Positions 24,358 through 35,000 of a stretch of DNA of 64,000 nucleotides are shown one piece after another (the stretch's first letter is position 1; the number at the start of each line of letters is the position of its first letter). A program made the position numbers and the translations under genes. The notes under the pieces were generated by a model. That model did no database searches, was not told the DNA's origin, and was given only the letters and a program-made list of their open reading frames with translations. This stretch comes from Phallusia mammillata (taxonomy: Eukaryota), in contig OZ281501.1 of the NCBI GenBank assembly GCA_965637545.1, positions 17,112,001 through 17,176,000 on the forward strand, written 5' to 3'.

Positions 24358-25983
24358 ATGGCTAGAACAAAAAAATCTGCTGCAAAAACTGCTGGATCTC
24401 CAAAAAAGACACCAACCAAGCGCAAGGCAGATGATGCAGCAAAAACTGTTACTGTGAAAAAAGAAGATGATGTACCTAGCACCTCATCCGATTCTGATAA
24501 ACAAGAGAAAGTTGTTACATTTTCTGGTGCAGTTCCAATTGATGATCAGTGTCCAGTAGACGTGAAAAAATATCATGTAGCAGTTGAAGGCGATACAGTG
24601 TACAATGCAATGCTAAACCAGACCAACATTGGTTTCAACAATAACAAGTACTATATACTGCAGGTTGTTAAGCACAACAAGCTACCAGAGTACCACGTTT
24701 GGTTTAGATGGGGTAGGGTAGGGAAAGTAGCAGGGACCACATTTAAACCAGGCACATTACAGTCAACTGCTGATCTTTTCAGAAGAAAGTTTCAGGAAAA
24801 GACTGGCAACGTTTGGCATTTTAGGGAGAACTTTAAAAAGAGGAAAGGAAAATATGACATGGTTGAAATTGATTATGGCGATGATAAACAAAAAGAGGAG
24901 ACTGATGCTGCTCCAAAGAAACCAAAAGTTGAGGTCCCATCCAAACTAGACAAGCGAGTTCAAGATGTTTTACGCCTAATTTTCGACACTCAAGAATGGG
25001 AGGCATCAGTGAAAGAGATGAAGTTTGATATAAAGAAAGCACCTTTAGGAAAACTGACCAATCAACAGATAACAGCTGGATATGAGTCGCTGAAGAAAAT
25101 CGAAACTTGCATTCAGAATAAAAAGATGGGGAATGAGTTAACTGAAGCATGTAGTGAGTTCTACACCAGAATTCCTCATGATTTTGGAATGAAACGTCCA
25201 CCCCTTATTAAAACACCACAGGAATTGAAAGAAAAATTGCAGTTAATTGAAGCTCTTGGTGACCTACAAATTGCAATAAATATCTTGGATGAAAAGCCTG
25301 AAGACGATAATGTCAATGTCCTCGATGGATACTATAAGTCTCTTGGTTGTGATTTGGTGCCACTGAATAAAACTGACAGTGAGTACAAAGAAATTGCAAA
25401 GTATCTAAAAAATACTCATGGAAGCACACACAGGCAATACACTCTGGAAGCTGAAGATATCTTTCAAGTTCACAGAGAAAATGACAGCAAAAGATTCAAA
25501 GAAGACATTGGCACTAGAATGCTCCTTTGGCATGGATCTAGATTAACCAATTGGTGTGGCATTTTAAAGCAAGGTCTCAGAATTGCACCCCCTGAGGCCC
25601 CAGTAACTGGATACATGTTTGGAAAAGGTGTCTACTTTGCAGATATGGTTTCAAAGTCTGCCAACTATTGCTTCACAAGCCATAGGCAACCTATTGGATT
25701 TCTACTTGTTTGTGAGGTGGCTTTGGGAAATATGAATGAAAAGTTACATGCTGATTGCTATGCTAACCAACTTCCAGATGGAAAGCACAGCACAAAAGGT
25801 GTAGGTCAGACAGCACCTGATCCAAAGCAAGCCACCAAATTACCAGACGGAGCAGTTTTACCTTATGGAAAACCTAAAAAAGTCAATCAGAAGAATGCAT
25901 ATTTGTTTTACAATGAATACATTGTATACGATACTGCACAAATAAAGCCAAGGTACCTTGTAAAAGCTCGTTTCAAGTACTGA
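24358..25983 (+). CDS. PARP2: Poly(ADP-ribose) polymerase 2 (basic N-terminal region, WGR, helical domain, catalytic ART domain), 541 aa, intronless CDS
   Basis: WGR motifs YNAMLNQTNIGFNNNKYY and WFRWGRVG; helical domain KKAPLGKLT..QI.AGYESLKKIE; catalytic LLWHGSRLTNW, GLRIAPPEAPVTGYMFGKGVYFADMVSKSANYC and YNEYIVY (H-Y-E triad intact). These motifs fit PARP1/2 rather than PARP3, and there are no zinc fingers or BRCT, so PARP2. Confidence 0.93.
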   Translation: MARTKKSAAKTAGSPKKTPTKRKADDAAKTVTVKKEDDVPSTSSDSDKQEKVVTFSGAVPIDDQCPVDVKKYHVAVEGDTVYNAMLNQTNIGFNNNKYYILQVVKHNKLPEYHVWFRWGRVGKVAGTTFKPGTLQSTADLFRRKFQEKTGNVWHFRENFKKRKGKYDMVEIDYGDDKQKEETDAAPKKPKVEVPSKLDKRVQDVLRLIFDTQEWEASVKEMKFDIKKAPLGKLTNQQITAGYESLKKIETCIQNKKMGNELTEACSEFYTRIPHDFGMKRPPLIKTPQELKEKLQLIEALGDLQIAINILDEKPEDDNVNVLDGYYKSLGCDLVPLNKTDSEYKEIAKYLKNTHGSTHRQYTLEAEDIFQVHRENDSKRFKEDIGTRMLLWHGSRLTNWCGILKQGLRIAPPEAPVTGYMFGKGVYFADMVSKSANYCFTSHRQPIGFLLVCEVALGNMNEKLHADCYANQLPDGKHSTKGVGQTAPDPKQATKLPDGAVLPYGKPKKVNQKNAYLFYNEYIVYDTAQIKPRYLVKARFKY

Positions 25984-28099
25984 AGTCAAACCCAAAATTT
26001 TTAAATGATATGAGGTGGTTTTATCATAGAGTTTTACTGTTTGCAGTGTGATTTCAAATTGATTTTAGTGTTTTAGAAGTACTTATGTGTGTTGATTTAT
26101 TGCTTAGCACTTGATTTTGGTACATATTATAATTCTGTGAGCATGCATGCATGCACACTCTTCTTCAAACTATGTGTTCATTGTTGTAGTTCCAAATCTG
26201 TCCTGTGCAAACCTGTAAATGTTTTCATTTATTGATTGTTCTTTTCGGTAACCAGTGAAAATTTGTCTGGCAACTCGTCATGTTATTGTTCTGTAAATAT
26301 ATCATGTACTTCATAATCACTGTTACCCAAATCAAGTTTCCCTATATATTTTAAAGTTTGTGTGCAATTCAAATGTTTAACTATTGTTTTCAGCACATAT
26401 CTAATTGCAAATTGTGTACATGCACTTCAGGTGTTTTTGATTGTACTAAAACATATTCGTTGTACTGTTTGTTCGAAATAAAGATGGGTACCAATAAAAT
26501 ATGCGTGTCCACTTTGTCCAATGCTGTCTGTTTGGGGGATAAATTATAGTTTGTTACTTTTTGTATTAGACCTTCTCTTAATTAAACATTTGGTATCGAA
26601 GTTAATCAGAAGTTTGGCTAATTAAAAAGGGTAATCAACAATTACCCGTAGGATTTTAAGCGCTTGGCATTGCTTACCAGAGGTTGTTGAAGTATTGTGT
26701 TTTCAATGGTTTGCTATAGAAACTGTCATGTTGGTGACTTCAAAAAGCGTTTTATACAGGTTTAGGCAGTGAGAAAATAGAGATGTCTTGCAGTTGACAA
26801 ACTAAAATACATCGTGTTTGCAAATAAAAGCTACATAATACATTGCTGTTTGGCTATAACCCAATTACGTATAATGATCTCAATTGTAACTATTTTTTAA
26901 GTTTGTTTTCAATAAAGAACCCAATGTATCATTTAAAATGAGTCAAAAAATCTGTGCTGGTTAAAGCTGTATCAGTAAGGGGGGCTTCTAAAAGGCCAAC
27001 AAAATGGAGAGCAGACACTTTTTCAACATCTGCAAATGAAGTAAAAAAAACTAGAAAGGTGGCTTTCTGATATACTTCCATTTTATATATTCTATACGAT
27101 ATTTAACAATTTACTATACACATCGTTTTATCTACACATATGATTGTTTTTGCAAGCAAAAACTAATGGGTCCCCACATGCGCGTTTGTGCGGATATACC
27201 GTAAACAAACGTCCTGGTTATTTTTTGAGATTCTTAAGAAAAAACTTAATAAGGTCAGTTCACGGTCAGTTTTTAAACACAATTTTCCACAACTGAAAAT
27301 GTGCTTGATAACTTAATAAAACAACATAGCATAGCTGCGCAAAAACAGCTGATTTCTAATCACCGACACGACTGTCTCGTAAAACGTTCGTCCGGACGTC
27401 AAGCTGAGCACTCCCGCTGCATTCACCCTCCTTAAACAAGTGAATTACTCCCTTGAGAGTTGAGACTTCTGTCTGACTGACAGTGTACACATATCATGGG
27501 CTGTAAAAGTAACTATTTGGCCGATTAGGGCAAAATTTTAAATACTGAACGAATAACCTACTGCAAACGATTGTTTAACATTTCAGCACATTACGGCTTG
27601 TATTTTTGGCCTAAAACTTTTTATTTTGGGGTTTAAGGGGTAAAATGGGTGAATCCAATAAAAAGTTACAAAATTCTTTAGAATACCGTACATTGCACCA
27701 ACCAAAAAAGCATGAAACTCTCAGATTATGTACTTTAGTCAGTACGGCCATTTAATTTTTTTTTCAATTTGGGGGCCTGTGGGTGAACCGCTGGGTCGTT
27801 TGGGGTCAAACTTCAGGAGGATCAAATTTGGATTAATAACAAACATCTGTCCCAATTTGAATAAATTTAAAGCACTCTTTCTTGACCAAACGTGTCTCAC
27901 AAACCAGCGTTAGACAGAAAAAAGAAAAAAAAATACGGACAAAAACAATATGTGTCCCCTTCAGGGAAGGGGACCCATAATGAAGATATCCCAAGCTCTT
28001 CAAGCTGCAATAGGACTGATATTTAACTCCCAATTCTGAGGAAAACCTAAGTCTGTAGTAAATTTGAAACCCACATGAATATGAAATGAAGTGTCCCCC

Positions 28100-29025
28100 T
28101 TAGATAGAAAACAAGACAACCAAAACTTTGAAAGAGCTTGCCGCGAGGACTTCTGTGACAAGACTTAATACTTACAAACTGGTGTAGTATGTTAAAACAG
28201 GGCCTGAGAATTGCACCATCAGCCATCATGTGCTTACATGATTGGCAAGGCAGTATACTTTTGCACCAGACATGGTTTCCAAGTCCACTAACTATTATAT
28301 TGCAAGTGCCATGGATGAAAAAGTAAAACAAGACTATTTTGCTGATAAATTGCCAGTTGACACTTGGAAAGCCCAGTACCAAAGGAAAAGAGTACCAGAA
28401 ACAAAACAAGCTGTAAAACTTGATGGTTGATGGTGCTATTATTCATTCTGGCAAACCTTAAGCAAATTTTAATAGAAAATCCTTATCTATAATGAGTACA
28501 TTGTGTACAATAGAGCAGTGCTTGTCAACCTTTTTTGAAGCGGTACACCCTTTTAACGTTCACTCAAAATTTGTACACCCCAGTGAAAAAAATGTTCAAC
28601 CCTGTAACACACTGATTCTGTGGTCCTAACAGAAATAATGATGAGCAAAATACCAACAAGCCATAATCCACTTTCTACTTCAAAATGAACTACCATTAAC
28701 ATCGATTATGAAATGAAATGTTAAACTATGACGTCACAAATAGAGTTTTGTATCTCAAAATCTACGTACACTAATTGATATGCATGTTGTGCCATATATT
28801 GTACACTCCAGTCAGTCTGTTAAACTGAAACCTGCCTATTGTGATACCTAGTCATGGGTATATTATATTTTGTATCTGGTACACCCCAGTACACCCCATC
28901 AAAGTGGTACACCCTTTAAAAATTATGGTACACCCTGGGGTGTACAATACACCCGGTTGAAAAGCACTGCAATAGAGCACAGATTAGACCAAAGTTTTTT
29001 TTTAAACTGCAGTTCAAATAGTTAC
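28100..29025 (+). pseudogene. Decayed partial duplicate of the PARP2 catalytic domain, interrupted by a MITE
   Basis: ACAAACTGGTGTAGTATGTTAAAACAGGGCCTGAGAATTGCACC (TNWCSMLKQGLRIAP) near 28176; GACATGGTTTCCAAGTCCACTAACTAT (DMVSKSTNY); TATAATGAGTACATTGTGTAC (YNEYIVY) just before 28516. Homology resumes after the MITE (CACAGATTAGACCAAAG, versus CACAAATAAAGCCAAGG in the gene). Many frameshifts and deletions. Left boundary approximate. Confidence 0.87.
28516..28969. mobile_element. hAT-superfamily (Charlie-like) non-autonomous MITE, 454 bp
   Basis: TIRs CAGTGCTTGTCAACC...GGTTGAAAAGCACTG; perfect 8-bp target-site duplication CAATAGAG (28508-28515 and 28970-28977); subterminal GTACACCC repeats. Confidence 0.92.
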
Positions 29026-29424
29026 AAAAAAATTTCTGTTACACAAATAGCAATTTTAATTTAACACAACACACAAAAATAATCCCTCAGCTGTTTTGTT
29101 TATCTTAAACCAATGCACTTTTTTCCTGTTGTTTTGTACAATATTAAATACATTATCTTTTTAATTTGCTTTGTAATACAAAATACAATACCTTGCAAAT
29201 TGTAAAGTGTTTATTTGCAACAATCCAGCAACATTTTTACCTTTTGTAAATATTTTGATGAATTAGTATCTACTTGTGGGGCTCACTTAAGGTAGAGTAG
29301 ACCAAACAGACAAAATGCAACAAGGCAAAAATATTTTGGCAGTATGTTTTGCATGCTGCAGCAGATTATAAAAAGAATCGCAACATCATGAAACTTTGAT
29401 ACAAAACAACAAACCACCTCTTTG

Positions 29425-30165
29425 TTACACCATGCTGTCAATTAATGAATCTCTCATTTTGGTTTGTACCGCGGCGGCAGTGTGATTGTCCCCAAGTTTG
29501 AAAACGCTTTCAACTACCGATAGTTCTGTGCTGGTTGTATCCAAACCGCAAAATGCACACCAGTCATTTACCACCATTCCAGCACCAATGACTTCACTTC
29601 CGCGATTTATAGTGCCAGCAACAAGAGGCACCTGCAGAAGGGAAGAGAGTTCGTCCTGATCTTCAACACTAGTTTTAGGATGAACTAAACCTCCTTGGTT
29701 ACTGAAGCAACAATAACTCCCAACTAAAACTTGATCAGTGACAGTTTGGCGAAAGACTTCCACTTTTAGACTGTCGGCTAACATTTCTTCAGTTTCTCTG
29801 TCGAGGTCTGGATGCACAAGTGCAACATAATCGTTGCAAGCCACAACGTTACCAAGAGCAGACAAACGTTCCTCCACCCTTTGCAATTTTACCTCATCAG
29901 GCAAACAATTACGAATATGCTGCAGTTCTTGGTCAGTTGTTGAGCTGGGTACGAGCAAACCGTGCCGATTTCCAACGCACATTCGGCCTATAATCCGACA
30001 TCCACCTATTGAGGCATGCACTACTGGAATTGTATCACCAAGTTCAGACTCAAAAACACTGTAGAAATTTTCTGAACCACCAATGGCGACAAGGCAATAG
30101 GCGTTAGTGAGCTTGGAAAATACTCCAATTTCATTGTTGTTTTCAAACTGTACGCGAACAGCCAT
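29425..30165 (-). CDS. EIF6: Eukaryotic translation initiation factor 6 (60S anti-association factor), 246 aa, intronless CDS
   Basis: [39 protein letters not shown]...[14 protein letters not shown]...[26 protein letters not shown]...[27 protein letters not shown] is canonical eIF6. The true ATG is at 30165; the ORF-track start at 30198 is not an ATG. Short 5'UTR intron: donors 30265/30293, tandem acceptors 30219/30213. Confidence 0.97.
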   Translation of the reverse strand: MAVRVQFENNNEIGVFSKLTNAYCLVAIGGSENFYSVFESELGDTIPVVHASIGGCRIIGRMCVGNRHGLLVPSSTTDQELQHIRNCLPDEVKLQRVEERLSALGNVVACNDYVALVHPDLDRETEEMLADSLKVEVFRQTVTDQVLVGSYCCFSNQGGLVHPKTSVEDQDELSSLLQVPLVAGTINRGSEVIGAGMVVNDWCAFCGLDTTSTELSVVESVFKLGDNHTAAAVQTKMRDSLIDSMV

Positions 30166-30299
30166 TTTTGCTACTTTGTATGTACTATTCGTTTGCAAAA
30201 CACGCTTACACCCTGCAGCTGCAGAAATAGATTTAGGTTAAAAAACAAGTCATACAAATGCTTACCTGATAATTATTTAAAGTTTATATTCACCTGGAC

Positions 30300-30931
30300 C
30301 TTTTTAACTTTACATCAAACCACCAATTGCACAACTTCTTGCAAAGATCATGTACAAACAAGTTTATGAATAAAATTGCACAACTTCAAGAAATATCAAC
30401 GTGCGTTTATTTTCACAACGATCCGATTTAAAAAAGACTGCACTTTTTATGTTTAAAAAACGAATTTTACGTTCCAAATATATATTTGTAAAATCGTGTT
30501 TTAATTCTTCGTGCAAAAATTATTGCTGAAATTTTGGATTAAATTTCAAATGCAACAAACAACAATAACTTACTTTAGACCCATGAAAAACATTTCATGT
30601 ATTTAGGCCAGAAGAGTAAATAAACAACGCAAATATATATATTTGGTATTGTTAATTGCAGGAAAGAATATTGAACTTCAAACGGCTTCGCCTCGAAATG
30701 TTGTCTTTTAAATTTATTTTCAATAAGCAGTCAATAAACATAGAAACATTTTCATTTTGACCGGTATTTGCTTCGTTTCAGTTTAGTGATTTCAGCTGTT
30801 AATGTTACGCTTGAGTGAAGCTACGCAAACACAAAACAAAAGCACGCCCAAGCCTCTTGTGCTGTGCACTTGTGAGTCACAAGCCGTTATCTCATGTACG
30901 CTCTTTACAGCCTGGCGCAGAGGTATATCCA
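30300..30931. promoter_or_regulatory. Head-to-head promoter interval EIF6 <-> SLC44 distal promoter, with non-coding first exon
   Basis: The eIF6 5'UTR exon ends near 30266-30294 on the minus strand. A plus-strand donor CCA|GTAAGT at 30931/30932 can splice to the acceptor TTTTAG| at 32015, 2 nt before the SLC44 ATG. Confidence 0.55.
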
Positions 30932-32017
30932 GTAAGTGAGTCTGTCGAAACAAAAGCGAGTAAATTAATTGGCTAGAAAAGTAATTATTCTTTTATATTT
31001 TGTACCTGCCCTACGTAAAATAGAAAATTGTCTTCCAGTTTGACTAAAGGAAGTTATATGAAATACAATTTTTAAGCATTGGCAGTTTAGTTAGTTGTAT
31101 TTTGCACTGTTAGAATTGATGTATGTTTTCTCTAACTTTTTTCGTGTTTCTAAGTCCATGCCAAACTGTTAAACCTGTTTTGTGGTTATGTTTTGGCAGA
31201 AAACTATTTTAGAAAACGTTTTTTGAACTTGACTTTCACCTGTTTCTGATAGTACGAAACTTTTGGTAAGTTGTTTTTGTTTAAACATGTGAAGATAACT
31301 TTTTGTATCAAAATTATTTTGTTATATTGTGCATTGCCGGGTTTAATGCAACCATTGCAAGTGATTGTACAGAAAACGTTAGTTAATCCTGACCCGTTTG
31401 GTTTAGACCAAAAAATTGGTCTTTTTCGAATGTTGGTTAGTCAAAGCCTTACCAAAATACAAATCATTGGTTTCTTAAGTTTTGTCTAAATTAGACATAG
31501 ATGAGTAACTGAATCTGGTTTAACCTTGGTTTAATGGACTTCATTTATGCAAAACTTCAAATAAATAGTCAGATGTAGGTTTGATTTGCTGTTTTTTTGG
31601 ATTTAGCAAACTGTAATTATGTTGGTAACACCATTCCTGTGTTTTCAATGCGTCTTGAAATAAAAACAATTAGTAAACTTAAAACCACTATAAGTTACTT
31701 AGAAGTATATGTTGTAGGCACACACCACTTTAGGTGTAAAATATACCTTCTTATGTGTTGAGAATGGAGGTTTGCGTGGTATGCCAAAGTAGTACACAGC
31801 TTAAAGGGACGCATTGGTTAGGACCTTAAATTATTTTCCAAACCCTTTCTTGAATGTTTTAAAAATTCATCGTCCCAGACTTTTTTGGTGTTATTAATAA
31901 CAATATGAATTAGTCGGTGCTTGTAATTGTCCAACCGACTTGACCTATATATGTGTGTGTGATAAATGTGCAGAAATGTATCAAACAATCAAATGTAGTA
32001 TTTGTTATCTTTTAGAC

Positions 32018-35000
32018 ATGGGGTGTTGTGGAGATGATGGAGATTCATCTGAAGATGGAAAATATGGTGAGTACAGTTTCAAAACATTACAAGCTTAAAC
32101 AGAGCTTAAAACCTTTACATAATTTATTATACCTTACCTAATGTAAACCTGTGTTGATATGTTCATGTAAATATTTAATGATCACTGATTTTTTACATGT
32201 GATTGTTGAAATAATAGTGTGTTTTTGAATTAAATATTAAAGAATCACTGTATTGCTCAGTAATTTGAACAGGATATGTTTCATTTCCTCACAAAAATAT
32301 CTACAAAGGATGGTTGAGTTAATATTTATGCAAACAATATACAATTTGAAAACATTGGTTTTTATGACATTTCAAATTAAAAAGCAAAAATATGTACATG
32401 AACAATAATCAATTTGAAAAAATTATTTATGTGAACAATATACAATTTAAAAAATATGTATGTGAACGATATACAATTTGAAAATAAATGTATGTGAACA
32501 AAATACAATTTAAAAACACACACTTAGTTTACATGACATTTTAAGCAAGCTAAAAAACTTTAATAAAAAGTTTTGGGGTTTAGCAAAGTTGTGTGTGCTC
32601 AAATCTTTTAGTTCAAAAATAGCAAAACAAACTAGAAGCCAGTCCTCACTTGTGAGAAGTGCACTTATCTCTTCATTGAAAAGCTATGATCAAATATTGT
32701 TCTGCGGTGTTGTGTGCCGTTGTCAGAGAACAACGTCATAAACCCCTTTACTACCTCCATTCAAAAGAGAGTTTGTTTGAACAATGATGAAGTCTGTTTG
32801 TCATTTGAGGTCAAATAACATGAAAGCAATACCTGGTATAGGAAACTGCATATCCTCATTTAATACTTCTAATCAACATTTAAATGGGTTTTGCAAAGAA
32901 AGTAAGTGTTTTTTTAAAAACAAAACACCTTGTAAAATTGTAACAATAGCAACTGCTGAAGCATAAAGCATACCTTTCTGTTTCACAATGGATAACAATG
33001 CGTGTTATGTATAACATAGCCATTAGAATTACACGAGTATTTACCATTGTAATGATATACACGACCCCGTTTACCATAATATAGTGGACCCAAATTAGCC
33101 AGTCACGTCACCTAACGCAATAAAAACAGCTTGGCGAGTTTGAAAAGCGTCATAGGACCTCACCACGATAAGTAGGCAGTTGTACCGTTAACGCAGTGCG
33201 TCATTTGTGTTCCTATCTCGTCCATAGTGATTTGTGAAAATAGGTGACTCGTATTTCATTTGCGTATGTAGAATGACTGTGAAAACAAGTGTATACTGGT
33301 CTTAGTGCCTGCCTGTGTTCAGCTTCCCGTAAACGTCCCAATACGCTTAGCATATACAGGAAATGCGTAAGGTTCTATTTTGCCTCATTTGAAAAATGAA
33401 GCGCCATTAAACACGTGAATCATATCAATCCATAAATTCAAGTTATAAAACAAGCGTTTGACAGACCAAGTCAAGTAGAGGTTATTTCTTTTCGAAAGAT
33501 TTGATAAAAATGTCAAAACGGACACAAGAACATGTTGACCTTTTTGAAATTAAATTAATCGAATTTGTTTTAATTCAAAACAGCAACCTCTTTGTCCGAT
33601 GTAATATTTTTGTGGAATTATATTCGAAAATGCTTTTTGTTGTAGTTTCGCGTCTAATACTCCCAAAACAAATGCATGCTTATGCTGACTTTTTTTAAGT
33701 ATAACGGTTTGTTTTTAATTCGAAAAAGTAACCTCTATTGAGCGGTGTAATATTTTTGTGGAATTATTTACCAAAGTTTACAAAGCAGACTTGTTGTTTC
33801 GAACGTGTTTTGCCAAGCCAAGTTCTGTACAGGGCAAAGTTCTTGCAACACTTGGGCGTCTGTCTGAACGTGGGCATATATCCGGGAAATGCCAGGCCTT
33901 CATGTCCTCGTGGTATGGCTACAATCAATAGCTTCTACTTTTACTCCCACTTGCTGTAATTAGAGCAATCCTAAATCTTTTTTGTTTGTGTTATACAAGA
34001 AGGGGGCAAGTTTTAAAACATACTTACATGCATGTATTTCCGTGTGATGTAATTACGTTTATATAGACTTAAACTGTATACAGTACAATTGCGTTGCCTA
34101 AAACCGAAATCACTCTACGTTATTACGTGTAGGCCTACTATTTAGTTTGTTCGAAATACAGTAAAACGGCAGTATTATGGAAACAACACCAGATACGTAA
34201 ATACGACAGAACTCGTTAAACTTGCTTGTTTAGAGACATTCATCGTTAAACTCGCGTGTTTAGAGACATTCACTTTTCCGACAAAATATGTTACATTTGA
34301 GGTTGGATTTTTATCTGTGGACGGCCAGTGCTTGAATGCGTTAAGCTCTCAGTAAGTAGGTCGTTGAGCTGCCTGTTTTATTGCAAGTCTGTTGAATGAT
34401 TGTGTTCTCTTGCCTGAGGGGTTATGAATACATTGGTTAATATGGGTCCCAATGCACAATAAACATGTGCATTGGAAAAATGTGCTAAGCTACCCTTCAA
34501 GTTTTTCAAGTTGGTGACTTAAATTTAATTTACCCAACTGGTTCTACTTGGTTAGAGTGATGTTACTTAATTTTCTTGCTCAGGTAAACATAGTTGTTTG
34601 AGATGATATTAGAACCCCTTTCTAAACAAGGTGGTTGTGTTAACTACTCAGTCATCTTGGTGGTTTTGTTTTTACGTTTTGCTGTAAAATCCACTAACTA
34701 AAATAATTCATTTCAAACTTACACCTTTTAAACAAAAAAAAATGCACAGTTAAACCACCAATAAATTTCTTTTGCAATGATTTTTATTCGCCCAATTGTA
34801 TAAACAGACTTGCTTTGGTAGTTTAGGCTTTGCAATTGCCTACGTAGATGTTTATTTGTTTAACTGAGACTGTCATGCTTATCCTTTAAAATCCAGTATC
34901 ACTTTACCCTTTGGTACTTTTCCTTTTCAAAAACCCTTTTGTAGACAAACCAGACCATTATATGTTTGCACACCAATCATTTTTTTAATGAATTGATAAT

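Noticed and set aside
24358-25983. Initial idea that this is PARP3
   Set aside because: Catalytic and helical-domain motifs (HGSRLTNW, IAPPEAPVTGYMFGKG, KKAPLGKLT) are PARP1/2-type, not PARP3-type.
27416-27435. Resemblance of the minus strand (TTAAGGAGGGTGAATGC) to miR-124
   Set aside because: Seed AAGGCAC is not preserved and there is no hairpin.
32880-33077. Minus-strand 65-aa ORF with hydrophobic N-terminus and internal donor AAG|GTATGC
   Set aside because: No in-frame downstream exon found; the nearest acceptor gives an immediate stop.
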